Virus record (IMG/VR): IMGVR_UViG_3300042922_001182
Span: 124,001 to 188,000 of that record
Reading direction: 5' to 3' (one strand)
Length of the DNA stretch: 64,000 nt
Below are positions 18,312-27,254 of the stretch, in pieces (the first letter of the stretch is position 1; each line of letters opens with the position of its first letter). Made by a program: the position numbers and the translations under genes. Under the pieces are notes generated by a model. That model did not search any database and was not told the origin of the DNA. It was given only the letters and a program-made list of their open reading frames with translations.

Positions 18312-19184
18312 CTAGAAGTAGAACCGTTGTCCGCCGACGCCGAAGCTGTGGAAGCCGTGGACCTTCGCCACCGCTTGCCTAACGTCGTTCTCGTCCTTGG
18401 TGATGTACGTACCGCAGTCGTACCGCAGGCTGTCGGGGATACCGTCTCCGTAGTGGACCAGCACCGTCTTCGCCCGGACCCACATCGAGAGCTCCCGATG
18501 GAGCTGCCAGAAGTTGGTATGGACGTCGCTCTTACCGGCGTTCGGGCCGACGAACATCTGGCAGTCGTGGAAGACCATGTCCAGGTCCTTGCCAAGGGTG
18601 CGGTACGGGTACTGCTCAAGGAGCATCGGGTGGATCTCCTTGCAGTCGCTGGTCCAGAGCACCCGCTGGTCGATGAGCAGGCCCCAGCTGTCGTGGCCGT
18701 GGACGTGCTTCATCTTCACGGGTTTCAGGTGGATGTTCTCGAACGTCATGGTCGTCTTTTCGTTGAAAAGCGCCACGTCGAAGTAGGTGCTGATGTCCGC
18801 CTTAACGTGATTGTCCTCCTCGTCCTGTATGTCGAGCATGCCTCCAGAGAGGACGCCGCTCCACAGGGTTCCGACCTGGTCCTCCGAGACGAAGAGCCTC
18901 AGCTTGCGGCCCTTGACGAAGTAGTAGTAGAACCCCAGCGTCTCCAGGCCACCGGCGTGGTCGTCGTGGAGGTGGGTGATGTAGACCGCATCGATCTTGT
19001 CCACGGAGCCGTTCTCCATGATCCGACGAACGGTGTCTGGGCTAGCGTCGATGAGCAGGTTGTATTCTTTCCCGTGGTCCCAGTTCTTCCAGGTGAGCAG
19101 GGCGTTGGTGTTTCCGAGTCCGGTCCTCGACATGGCGGAACCCACCCCGATGAGGGTCAGGCAAAACTTCTTCTTGTTGGACAC
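18312..19184 (-). CDS. metallo-beta-lactamase-fold hydrolase (RNase Z/phosphodiesterase-like)
   Basis: LIGVGSA, LLID, ITHLHDDHAGG (HxHxDH), WTSD, VH and VHY motifs. Confidence 0.88.
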   Translation of the reverse strand: MSNKKKFCLTLIGVGSAMSRTGLGNTNALLTWKNWDHGKEYNLLIDASPDTVRRIMENGSVDKIDAVYITHLHDDHAGGLETLGFYYYFVKGRKLRLFVSEDQVGTLWSGVLSGGMLDIQDEEDNHVKADISTYFDVALFNEKTTMTFENIHLKPVKMKHVHGHDSWGLLIDQRVLWTSDCKEIHPMLLEQYPYRTLGKDLDMVFHDCQMFVGPNAGKSDVHTNFWQLHRELSMWVRAKTVLVHYGDGIPDSLRYDCGTYITKDENDVRQAVAKVHGFHSFGVGGQRFYF

Positions 19185-19200
19185 GTTTCTCTACCTTTCT

Positions 19201-19872
19201 CTAGCTGCTAAGCCCGCCGTGCAGCCGCACGGCCATCTGCTCGTCGATCTCCGCGACGACGGACTGGAGTAGGACGGACTTGTTGTACACCCAGCTCTCC
19301 CGGACGAAGCGGAGGGCCTCCCACGGCAGGCCCCTGGCCGCCTCGTTGCCGGAGGACCACTCCTGGTGGCACCACAGGGCGAACTCCAGGCGGTCGGCCA
19401 CCTTCACGATGTCCGCGATGGCGTCGGTCTTGTGCTCCGACGAGAAGGTCCACACCTGACGGATGAGCTTCTCGATGCGGTCCCTGACCTCCACGGGGAC
19501 GAACCTGCGGAAGCCGTCCCGGATCAGGCTGGCGACGTAGCCCTCGTGGGCCCTGTCGGCTGCCCCGGCGATGGCCTTCTTCAGGTTCTCGTCGCCGTTC
19601 TTGAAGGGGCCGCTGACGTCCCCCGTGATGGCCTCGTCGTAATCGTGGAGGATGGCCGCCCTGAGCACCTTGCCGGAGTCCACGTCGTTGATGTCCATGT
19701 CCTCGACGAGCATCATGCAGATGAACGCCACCTGGAACGAGTGGGCGGAGACCGATTGCGGTTGGTTGACCCGCAGCCCCGGGGCCCGCCAGGTGTAGTC
19801 CAGCTTGCGGGCGAGCTCGAATGCCTTGATCATTGATGAATCTCCTCGGGCCATCTCCAGGCCCCCTTGCAT
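19201..19872 (-). CDS. HD-domain 5'-deoxynucleotidase (YfbR-like); exact start uncertain
   Basis: QSVSAHSFQVA, ILHDYDEAITGD, IVKVADRLE motifs. Confidence 0.85.
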   Translation of the reverse strand: MQGGLEMARGDSSMIKAFELARKLDYTWRAPGLRVNQPQSVSAHSFQVAFICMMLVEDMDINDVDSGKVLRAAILHDYDEAITGDVSGPFKNGDENLKKAIAGAADRAHEGYVASLIRDGFRRFVPVEVRDRIEKLIRQVWTFSSEHKTDAIADIVKVADRLEFALWCHQEWSSGNEAARGLPWEALRFVRESWVYNKSVLLQSVVAEIDEQMAVRLHGGLSS

Positions 19873-19936
19873 CGGAGGGTTCCGGCTGGCCCTACGTGGT
19901 TAAACGCGGCGGGCCGCCAGGCGCTCCCAGCCGCGA

Positions 19937-19948
19937 AACATTCAATTA
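19937..19948 (+). promoter_or_regulatory. late-type promoter AACA-N6-TA
   Basis: AACA TTCAAT TA upstream of 20008. Confidence 0.7.
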
Positions 19949-20007
19949 GGCACGGATCCTATGCCAAGGATAAAACTGATAACACCTCTAGAGGAAGGAG
20001 ACACAAC

Positions 20008-20382
20008 ATGATGCGAGGGATTTTCCTTCAGTCGGAGAGCGCTTCCGCTCAGTACGACCCCGAAGTGACGCCCACCGAAGAGGGCAACCAGGCGATCCTG
20101 GAGATCGCTGAGCAGCTCGGCGTCCTGGAAGACGAGGGTATCGTTGTCCACCAGGAGAAGAGCATCGTCAAGCTCGACAAGCTCGCCCAGCGCGCCCGCC
20201 TCGTCAGCCAGTCGACCATGGTCCTGGCCCGCGAGGTCGGCGACTCCGACTGGGTCAAGCTGGAAAAGATCAACAAGGAGCGCCAGCGTCTCATGAAGAA
20301 GATCAGCGCCAAGTACAACAACAAGGCCGAGGCCCGCGTGAAGCAGATCCTCAAGCAGCAGAAGAGCACCATTCGCGGCTAG
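20008..20382 (+). CDS. small probable head protein (acidic N-terminus, basic helical C-terminus)
   Basis: RBS AAGGAG, ATG 20008, late promoter, downstream hairpin at about 20455-20490. Confidence 0.7.
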   Translation: MMRGIFLQSESASAQYDPEVTPTEEGNQAILEIAEQLGVLEDEGIVVHQEKSIVKLDKLAQRARLVSQSTMVLAREVGDSDWVKLEKINKERQRLMKKISAKYNNKAEARVKQILKQQKSTIRG

Positions 20383-20531
20383 CCTGCTGAGCTCTGTGGC
20401 CCGTTTAGCGGCGGCGGCCACGCCGAGAGCTACCTCCACACCCCGAAACACTCCGGAAGCCCCCAACCCATTCACGGGTTGGGGGCTTCCGCCCTTCGTT
20501 TTCTCCCGAAGGCGGGCGGGCAACTACGTTC

Positions 20532-20540
20532 ATATATTAT
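20532..20540 (+). promoter_or_regulatory. early-type promoter motif ATATATTAT
   Basis: Upstream of the operon containing beta'-C and the helicase. Confidence 0.7.
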
Positions 20541-20592
20541 CTCCTGCGCGACCTCACGGTCAGCACCCCCCAACTACTAGAGAGGAAGCAGA

Positions 20593-20940
20593 ATGCACTC
20601 GATGAAGCCGGTACCCGAGGGGAAACAGGCCACCATGCTGATCTTCGTCCCCGATTCTGTCCCGGAATCCATGGACGGGAAGCTCTACTCGCGGGCCTCG
20701 GAGCTCAAGGAGGACCTCCCGGAGGCGGAGGAGGCCTACGTATCCTTCACCGTAGCCCTCAGCCAGGGCGCAGCCGGGGCCAAGATCGTCCGCGTCCCCG
20801 GGATCGAGCGAGAGCACATCGGGATGGACCAACCGTGGCTCCACCCTCTCCTGCTGGTGGACACCATGAAGATCGAGGAGTACCGGCAGGACTACCTGAT
20901 CATCAAGGAGTTCCTTGAGAAACAGTCAAAAGTTGCGTAA
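20593..20940 (+). CDS. hypothetical protein
   Basis: ORF with RBS GAGGA. Confidence 0.7.
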   Translation: MHSMKPVPEGKQATMLIFVPDSVPESMDGKLYSRASELKEDLPEAEEAYVSFTVALSQGAAGAKIVRVPGIEREHIGMDQPWLHPLLLVDTMKIEEYRQDYLIIKEFLEKQSKVA

Positions 20941-20961
20941 AACCTGCTTCCGTGGTACAAT
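20933..20961 (+). promoter_or_regulatory. sigma70-like promoter TTGCGT-N17-TACAAT with extended -10 TG
   Basis: Exact 17-bp spacing and TGgTACAAT, 40 nt upstream of the beta'-C start. Confidence 0.5.
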
Positions 20962-21001
20962 CGGGGGTGCCCCGCACCCCGCTAGCTCCTGGGAGGAACA
21001 C

Positions 21002-22873
21002 ATGGACACTCTTACCGAAACCTACGACCTGACGGCGATCACCGCCGACCGCAATCTCTACGATCAGACCCTTCAGGCCATGAGAGATATGGCCGTTACC
21101 AACTACGCCTGCCGCTCCCAGAGCGTGGTCGTCAGCATCGGCGGGGAGGGGCGCACCATGCGCTTCAGCGACCTGCTCGTCAACCTCATCCTGGCCCGCC
21201 CGTTCGCCCACCTGTCGGTCCCGTTCGAGGCCGGGTTCATCCTCCCCACCGAGCAGGGCTTCAGCTCCGGAGGGGTCGCGGGGCATATCGACCGCATCAT
21301 CCAGCGGTTCGAGGGCAGCGACTACGAGGCGCTCAACCAGGCGATCTCCGAGTCGATCGAGATCCTGGCGGACCTGGCTGGCAAGTTCAACATCGCGGCC
21401 GGGAACAGCATCTCCATCTATTCGCTGGTCAAGGCCGCCCAGACGAACGGCGAGCTGGCCGAGCTGCTCACCCTGAAGCTCCCGCCCAACCTCCAGTTCG
21501 ACGAGATCGAGGACTTCATCGCCGACAGCACCAAGCGGTTGGTGGAGATCCTCAAGACGGAGGACACCCCTTTCCGCCCCTACCTGCGGGCGGGAACGGG
21601 CATCAACGTCAAGCAGCTGTCCCAGGCGATCATGATGATCGGGCTCAAGCCCGACCTCATCGGCAACGTCATCCCCTTCCCCATCGAGGCGAACTTCCTC
21701 ACGGGGCTGCGCCACGTCCGGGACTACTACATCAACGCCGAGGCCGCCCGAAAGGCCCAGATCGTCAACAACAAGAACGTGAAGGAGTCCGGCTACCTGA
21801 CGCGCAAGCTGTCCCTCCTCATGGTGGACATCGAGCTCGACAACGACCTGGAGGACTGCGGCACCCAGCACTACCTCACCTGCCGCGTGGAGGACGAGAA
21901 GGTGCTCCGGCGCATCGTCGGCCGTAGGTTCCTGGCCGGTGACGGCTCCTTGCAGCTCATCGAGCACGGGGACGACTACCTCATCGGCTACGAGCTCATG
22001 CTCCGCAGCCCCGTGACGTGCTGCTCCCAGAGGGTCTGCCGCACCTGCTACGGCGAGAACCTGGCGACCCTCAACCGGGACGTCCACGCAGGGCTGTTCG
22101 CCATGCTCTACCTGACCCACCAGCTGACCCAGATGCTGCTCAGCTCCAAGCACCTCCTCCAGACGACCTCGCAGAAGATCGACTGGCCGGAGGAGTTCCT
22201 GGGGCGGTTCACCGTCGACCGGAACATGGTGACCCCGAACAACACCTCCAGCGACGCCATCGTCATCGACCAGATGGACATCACCGAGGCCGAGGACGGC
22301 GCCTACCGGAGCATCAGCCGGTTCTGGATCACCTCCCGCAGCAAGAACCGGACGGAGGTCTACGTTCCCATCGAGTTGGTGCTCAGCCGAGAGACCGAGC
22401 GCCTGCTCGCCAACTTCAAGACGTCCGACAGCGAGATCACCATCCCGCTGAAGGCGTACGACGCCGAGGAGGCCGCCTTCCAGATCATCATGGAGAACAA
22501 GGAAATCTCGTCCTCCCTGAAGGGCATCCTCGACCTGATCGACTCGTCCGGCCACCTCGGCCTGGACCAGATCGACGACATCTTCAACAAGTTCGTCTCC
22601 CTGCTCAACGAGAGCGGGATCCGCCTCCAGGGCGTCCACGCCGAGATGGTCCTTCGGGCCCTCGTCAGGGACCCCGAGGACCTCCAGAAGCGCCCGGACT
22701 TCAACCAGCCGGAGTACCCCCCGTACACGGTGCTGCGGGTGGCCGAGGCCATCCACAACAGCGGCTCCGTCTCGGTGAGCCTGGCCTTCCAGGAGATCAA
22801 GCGCCAGCTGTCCTCCCCCTCGACCTTCAAGAAGAGCGAGTCGAGCAATCTCGACGCTGTCTTCCGTGGTTAG
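21002..22873 (+). CDS. rpoC: multisubunit RNA polymerase beta' subunit, C-terminal part (probably non-virion RNAP)
   Basis: Bridge helix ESGYLTRKL, EDCGT, zinc site RSPVTCC...VCRTCYG, trigger loop LTQMLLSSKH; RBS GGGAGG before ATG 21002. Confidence 0.92.
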   Translation: MDTLTETYDLTAITADRNLYDQTLQAMRDMAVTNYACRSQSVVVSIGGEGRTMRFSDLLVNLILARPFAHLSVPFEAGFILPTEQGFSSGGVAGHIDRIIQRFEGSDYEALNQAISESIEILADLAGKFNIAAGNSISIYSLVKAAQTNGELAELLTLKLPPNLQFDEIEDFIADSTKRLVEILKTEDTPFRPYLRAGTGINVKQLSQAIMMIGLKPDLIGNVIPFPIEANFLTGLRHVRDYYINAEAARKAQIVNNKNVKESGYLTRKLSLLMVDIELDNDLEDCGTQHYLTCRVEDEKVLRRIVGRRFLAGDGSLQLIEHGDDYLIGYELMLRSPVTCCSQRVCRTCYGENLATLNRDVHAGLFAMLYLTHQLTQMLLSSKHLLQTTSQKIDWPEEFLGRFTVDRNMVTPNNTSSDAIVIDQMDITEAEDGAYRSISRFWITSRSKNRTEVYVPIELVLSRETERLLANFKTSDSEITIPLKAYDAEEAAFQIIMENKEISSSLKGILDLIDSSGHLGLDQIDDIFNKFVSLLNESGIRLQGVHAEMVLRALVRDPEDLQKRPDFNQPEYPPYTVLRVAEAIHNSGSVSVSLAFQEIKRQLSSPSTFKKSESSNLDAVFRG

Positions 22874-22882
22874 GGGGCGGGG

Positions 22883-23107
22883 ATGACTGGGGCGAACCGC
22901 AAGAAAAAGAAGAAGCCGAGCATGGCGCTGCTCATGCTCCTGGTGTACATGCTGGGGGCCAACTTCGCCCTCCTGGCCGCAGCCTCCACCGGGAGGCTGT
23001 CGCCGGGTACGGTGCTGCTGGGCGAGCTGGGGTCTATGATCCTGCCCTGCATGGTGCTGCTCGTGATGCGGGTGGCTAGCCGGAGCAGCGACGATGACCT
23101 TGGATAG
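22883..23107 (+). CDS. small membrane protein with two hydrophobic segments
   Basis: Basic N-terminus then two hydrophobic stretches; overlaps the next gene. Confidence 0.55.
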   Translation: MTGANRKKKKKPSMALLMLLVYMLGANFALLAAASTGRLSPGTVLLGELGSMILPCMVLLVMRVASRSSDDDLG

Positions 23108-23480
23108 CGCTGTCGCAAGTCTGGTGATCGGCCTGGTTGTTGGAGTGCTGATCACCATCCCGGTGACCTTCGGTGATGAAATAGCGAGGTATCGCCAAAA
23201 GCGCAACCGCGATCGCCTGAAGGTGGAGACCCTGGTGGCGTCAACCAACAAGAGCCTGACCGAGCTCACCGAGGCGGCCGACAAGTACGAAGTGGGTAGC
23301 CCCGAATTCGTTCGTCGCTGCCACTGGATCGCCGACCTCTACAGATGGGAGGAGGACCAGATGCAAAAGGGATCCTTCAACGACCCAGGATGGGCGGTGA
23401 GGTATTATAGGAAGCTCAGGGGACCCGTCCCCGAGGACGTAGTGGAGATCGACCATGAGAATCGAGATCAGACCCTCTAG
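23094..23480 (+). CDS. membrane-anchored hypothetical protein
   Basis: N-terminal hydrophobic helix LVIGLVVGVLITIPV; RBS GGAG. Confidence 0.6.
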   Translation: MTLDSAVASLVIGLVVGVLITIPVTFGDEIARYRQKRNRDRLKVETLVASTNKSLTELTEAADKYEVGSPEFVRRCHWIADLYRWEEDQMQKGSFNDPGWAVRYYRKLRGPVPEDVVEIDHENRDQTL

Positions 23481-24906
23481 AATTGTCATCAAGGACTACA
23501 CCCAGCCTGTCTCCTGGTTGGAGCGGTCGCTGTCCGTGTGGGACCCGAAGATCCACTCCGTCACGTTCCAGGGGTTCGTCACGATGGAGCGGGTGGGCGA
23601 GCCCCCGGAGCTGGTCGTCCCCGGAGGGGTCCACTTCTCCGACATCAAGGCGCTGAGGGGCCTGGAGGTGGTCGACCTGCGCAAGGCGGCGGCGTGGAAG
23701 TGGAAGAAGATCAAAGCCGAGATGAGGAACAAGCCGCAGGACCAGGTCCAGGTCGACTCGGTGAACTTCCTCCTCGGCGAGGGCCGGTTCTCCCAGGAGA
23801 CCCAGAACTACCTGGTACTGGCTACGAGCAAGGGCAAGACCTTCTGCTCGCTCAACCACATCGTCAGGTCGGGTAAGCTGGCGGTGGTGTTCGCCGACCA
23901 GGACCACATCCTCGACCAGTGGGCCAGGGAGGCCCTGAAGCACACCACGATGGAGGCCGGGGACATCCTGGTCCTGAAGGGGACGGACAGGATCCGCGAC
24001 CTGAGGCGACTGGGGTCCGACCACCCCTACAAGCTCATCCTGGCGTCTCACAAGACCGTGTCGGCCTTCGCGGCCAAGGAGGGCTACCCCTCCATGGCAT
24101 CCGTCCTGGAGAGGGCGGGCGTCGGCATCAAGGTCTTCGACGAGGCGCACACGGAGTGGCTCAACACGCTCATGCTGGACCTCCACTGCGACGTCTCCGA
24201 GACGGTCTACCTCAGCGCCACCCCCATCAGGAGCAACGTGTCTGAGAACAAGGTCTACCAGGAGATCTACGCCACGGTACCGAAGCACGGCTGGGAGACG
24301 AAGTACGAGGAGGACGAGATGTACCACACGTCCATCCTCTTCGGCTACGACTCCCAGCCCAGCATGGAGGACATCCAGAGCATGAGGGGGCCCTACGGCT
24401 TCGACCTCAACGCCTGGGCGCAGTACATGATGAGGGACGACAAGTTCTACCCCTTCTTCGAGAAGTCCAAGAAGATCTTCGACAGCCTCTACAAGACCTA
24501 CCCGAACGCCCAGATGGCCATCTTCCTGCACAAGGACGCGCTGCTTGAGAAGGCGGCGGAGCACCTGAGGGAGCTCTACCCGGAGAAGAACGTCACCATC
24601 TTCTACGGCAAGGTCAAGGGCAAGAAGCGCGAGGAGGCGATGAAGGGCGACATCATGGTCACCAACCTCCAGATCTTCCAGAAGGCCGTGGACATCGAGA
24701 CCCTGGAGGTGGTGTACAACCCGGTGCCCATCCGGAGCCAGATGACGACGGAGCAGGCCATGGGGCGCCTCAGGGGCAAGAACGGCCGCAAGGCCTTCTA
24801 CATCGACGGCACCGACATGGGCTTCAAGCAGTGCAAGGACATGCGCAGCTCAAGGAAGCAGATCATCTACGCGAAATCGAAGTTGGTAAAGCAGTTGGAC
24901 CTCTAA
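23455..24906 (+). CDS. uvsW: superfamily 2 DNA helicase (UvsW-like)
   Basis: LATSKGKT, VFDEAH, LSATP and EQAMGRLR motifs. Confidence 0.88.
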   Translation: MRIEIRPSRIVIKDYTQPVSWLERSLSVWDPKIHSVTFQGFVTMERVGEPPELVVPGGVHFSDIKALRGLEVVDLRKAAAWKWKKIKAEMRNKPQDQVQVDSVNFLLGEGRFSQETQNYLVLATSKGKTFCSLNHIVRSGKLAVVFADQDHILDQWAREALKHTTMEAGDILVLKGTDRIRDLRRLGSDHPYKLILASHKTVSAFAAKEGYPSMASVLERAGVGIKVFDEAHTEWLNTLMLDLHCDVSETVYLSATPIRSNVSENKVYQEIYATVPKHGWETKYEEDEMYHTSILFGYDSQPSMEDIQSMRGPYGFDLNAWAQYMMRDDKFYPFFEKSKKIFDSLYKTYPNAQMAIFLHKDALLEKAAEHLRELYPEKNVTIFYGKVKGKKREEAMKGDIMVTNLQIFQKAVDIETLEVVYNPVPIRSQMTTEQAMGRLRGKNGRKAFYIDGTDMGFKQCKDMRSSRKQIIYAKSKLVKQLDL

Positions 24907-25013
24907 CCGTCGAGCTGTGTTTTTTCGGTCGAGACAGCCCTAACGCCTAAAGCGTTAGGGTCCTCGACTAACAGGTAAAATGGAGAGCGAACCGAACTCA
25001 ACTAGGAGGTCCA

Positions 25014-25730
25014 TTGTTCGAGTCATTGGAGAAAATCGATAAGAAGCTCTTCTCCCCTTGCAAGTACCTGAACCTGGGGATCAGCGTCAACTTGGGGAGG
25101 ACCGGGAACAACAACGTGAGGCTGGACGGCGTGTACGTCAAGACCTACCCCACGAAGAAGTACTCGGACGTCAGCACGGTGCACGCCCTGAGCATCGAGA
25201 CCAGCGAGTTCTTGGTCCTGACCTACAGCCGGGACAAGGAGTTCGAACAGGTCTACCTCAGCTACCCGCACATGAAGCAGTTCGTCACGGCCATCCAGGG
25301 GATCAACGCCCTGGTCCAGTCGAACGGCACCGAGGATAACCCCCTCTTCGTCCTCGACGAGGACGAGAGGGTGTGCATGAACTCCGCCTACGACGGGGTC
25401 GTCTTCGACGTGAAGGGCCTGGCGCAGAGCAAGAGCATCAAGATAAGGCCGGAGGTTGTCGGCTCCCGCGACGGGGACTCCCCGGGGGCGGTCATGTACA
25501 TCAACAACCCCGCCTACGAGGTGGAGATCGACGAGCTGGCCCTGGAAGCCCTCTGCTACTTCGTCGAGAACTTCAACCTCTTCTACGCCTCCCAGATGCT
25601 GGTCAACTTCGCCGGTCTCGCCGTCATCGACGCGGGCGGCGGCACGATCAGCATGGAGACGCCCAGCATGGAGACGGTAACCGCGCCCAAGAGGCGCAGC
25701 AGCAACAAGAGCAAGGAGACTCAAGAGTAA
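25014..25730 (+). CDS. hypothetical phage protein (238 aa)
   Basis: TTG start with RBS GGAGGT; typical composition. Confidence 0.75.
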   Translation: MFESLEKIDKKLFSPCKYLNLGISVNLGRTGNNNVRLDGVYVKTYPTKKYSDVSTVHALSIETSEFLVLTYSRDKEFEQVYLSYPHMKQFVTAIQGINALVQSNGTEDNPLFVLDEDERVCMNSAYDGVVFDVKGLAQSKSIKIRPEVVGSRDGDSPGAVMYINNPAYEVEIDELALEALCYFVENFNLFYASQMLVNFAGLAVIDAGGGTISMETPSMETVTAPKRRSSNKSKETQE

Positions 25731-26353
25731 TGGTCAGTCTCGAAGAACAGTACGTTGAGATCGAGGGGTTCCTGGCAAAGGTGGCCCCGGAGGACGCCGA
25801 AGAGTACGTCGTCGGCGACGCGTACGACGACGGCGAGGGTACGCTGTACCTCTTCCTCGGTAGCTACGAGGAGAACTCCCGCGACGGCGAGCGCCCCGGC
25901 ATCTACGAGCACGAGGGGGAGCCCGTGTGCATCGAGTACCCGGAGGGCGAGCGCATCACTGCGGAGATGGCGGTCTCCATGACCATGAGCCACGGCGAGG
26001 CCGTGCTCAACACCGCCAAGAAGAACAAGGCCCTCAAGGGGGTGAGGCAGCCCAAGGCCGAGTCCACCCGCTACGAGGACAACTCGAACAGCGAGGAGAT
26101 CAGCCAGAGCAGCTTCCTCTACTACGAGCCCAAGGAGGACGACCCCCCGGTGATCGCCCTCCTGAAGGAGACCATCAACGCGGCCAGGATCACCTACAAG
26201 GACGTGTACCGCCACTTCAACAAGACCAAGGGGTACAACCTGATCTACGGCCTCCGCGAGAGGTCCAAGATCACCCTGGAGTCGATCGAGAACTGGGCCA
26301 TCGTGCTCGACGTCGAGTTGCGCTGCTCCTTCGTACAACGGGAAGAACAGTAA
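25730..26353 (+). CDS. protein with a possible C-terminal helix-turn-helix (XRE-like) domain
   Basis: TAATG overlap with the upstream stop, RBS AAGGAG; C-terminal YNLIYGLRERSKITLESIENWAIVLD. Confidence 0.6.
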   Translation: MVSLEEQYVEIEGFLAKVAPEDAEEYVVGDAYDDGEGTLYLFLGSYEENSRDGERPGIYEHEGEPVCIEYPEGERITAEMAVSMTMSHGEAVLNTAKKNKALKGVRQPKAESTRYEDNSNSEEISQSSFLYYEPKEDDPPVIALLKETINAARITYKDVYRHFNKTKGYNLIYGLRERSKITLESIENWAIVLDVELRCSFVQREEQ

Positions 26354-26360
26354 GAAACGT

Positions 26361-26402
26361 ATATGGACCAACGCGGAATTCCGCGTTGGTCCATATTTTT
26401 TG
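26361..26402. terminator. 36-bp perfect palindrome, terminator between convergent genes
   Basis: ATATGGACCAACGCGGAA|TTCCGCGTTGGTCCATAT followed by a T-run. Confidence 0.8.
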
Positions 26403-26406
26403 TTGC

Positions 26407-27051
26407 TTAGCGGCCCAGAGCCAGGTTCACCAGGTCGGCCTTGGTGGCGGACTTGGGGAACTGGATCTCGTTGGCGGTCAACAGCTCCTTGAGCTGCTGG
26501 ACGGTCATGGCCTGGGCGTCCTCCTCGGTCAGCTCCTCGGCCTCTTCGCCGTCCTGCTGGTCCTGCTGGTCCTGCTGGTCCTGCTGGTCGCCGTCCTGCT
26601 GGTCGCCGTCCTGCTGGTCGCCGTCCTGCTGGTCGCCGTCCTGCTGGTCGCCGTCCTGCTGGTCCTGCTGGTCCTGCTGGTCCTGCTGGTCCTGCTGGTC
26701 CTGCTGGTCCTGCTGGTCCTGCTGGTCCTGCTGGTCCTGCTGGTCGCCGGTGGGCTCGGTGGGCGGCGGCGTGGGCACCACGGGCTCGGTGGGCGGCGGC
26801 GTGGGGACGACGCTCGGGACGAAGGGGGGAGTCAGGAGGGCGGGGTCCGTGGCCTGCTGGGCGACGGGCTCGACGATGGCGGGAGCCGCCTCCTCCTTGA
26901 CCTCGATCACGGTGAAGCCGAGGCGCTTCAACGTCTCGACCTGCTTGCGGGTCAGGGTGATCGGGGTGCGGATTGGCCCCCGGGTGCAGACGATGGGGAT
27001 GTACTTCGCGTTCGAAATGGTGACCTTGACGTTTTCGTTCTCGTTGCTCAT
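26407..27051 (-). CDS. low-complexity protein with C-terminal HeH/LEM-like (Rho-N/SAP-type) domain
   Basis: Pro-rich and DQQ repeats; C-terminal MTVQQLKELLTANEIQFPKSATKADLVNLA. Confidence 0.75.
   Translation of the reverse strand: MSNENENVKVTISNAKYIPIVCTRGPIRTPITLTRKQVETLKRLGFTVIEVKEEAAPAIVEPVAQQATDPALLTPPFVPSVVPTPPPTEPVVPTPPPTEPTGDQQDQQDQQDQQDQQDQQDQQDQQDQQDQQDGDQQDGDQQDGDQQDGDQQDGDQQDQQDQQDQQDGEEAEELTEEDAQAMTVQQLKELLTANEIQFPKSATKADLVNLALGR
26551..26748. repeat. coding minisatellite of 9-bp (GTCCTGCTG) and 15-bp units
   Basis: Perfect tandem units encoding DQQ and GDQQD on the minus strand. Confidence 0.95.
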
Positions 27052-27053
27052 GG

Positions 27054-27218
27054 TTAGTTATCTCCTTGGTTGATGGGAGTCAGGGTCTCGACCTCAGCGA
27101 ACCTGTCGATGGTATCCGCGAGGATGCTCGACATGGGGTCGAGGAGGTCCCTCTGGCTCTTCCTGTCCTCTTCCTGCTCCTCAAGCGAGGAGATGTTCTG
27201 TTCCAGTTCGTTCAGCAA
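27054..27218 (-). CDS. 54-aa acidic small protein
   Basis: AACA-N6-TA promoter, RBS AAAGGAG, TTG start at 27218 (MLNELEQN...). Confidence 0.6.
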   Translation of the reverse strand: MLNELEQNISSLEEQEEDRKSQRDLLDPMSSILADTIDRFAEVETLTPINQGDN

Positions 27219-27242
27219 TTGCCGCTCCTTTCTCTCTCCGTC

Positions 27243-27254
27243 TATTATTTTGTT
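27243..27254 (-). promoter_or_regulatory. late-type promoter AACA-N6-TA
   Basis: Minus strand AACA AAATAA TA, overlapping the upstream stop codon. Confidence 0.7.

Noticed and set aside
19201-19872. DatZ of a 2-aminoadenine (Z-genome) pathway
   Set aside because: No PurZ- or MazZ-like gene in the window; HD motifs alone do not set substrate specificity
22883-23480. Holin or spanin lysis pair
   Set aside because: Membrane segments are present, but there is no adjacent endolysin or lipobox, and the genes lie in a putative early RNAP/helicase operon
25373-26353. 326-aa ORF as listed in the track
   Set aside because: Its first ~119 codons overlap the upstream gene out of frame; the likely start is the TAATG-coupled ATG at 25730
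26551-26748. Possible CRISPR array
   Set aside because: Contiguous 9- and 15-bp in-frame tandem repeats with no unique spacers and no cas genes
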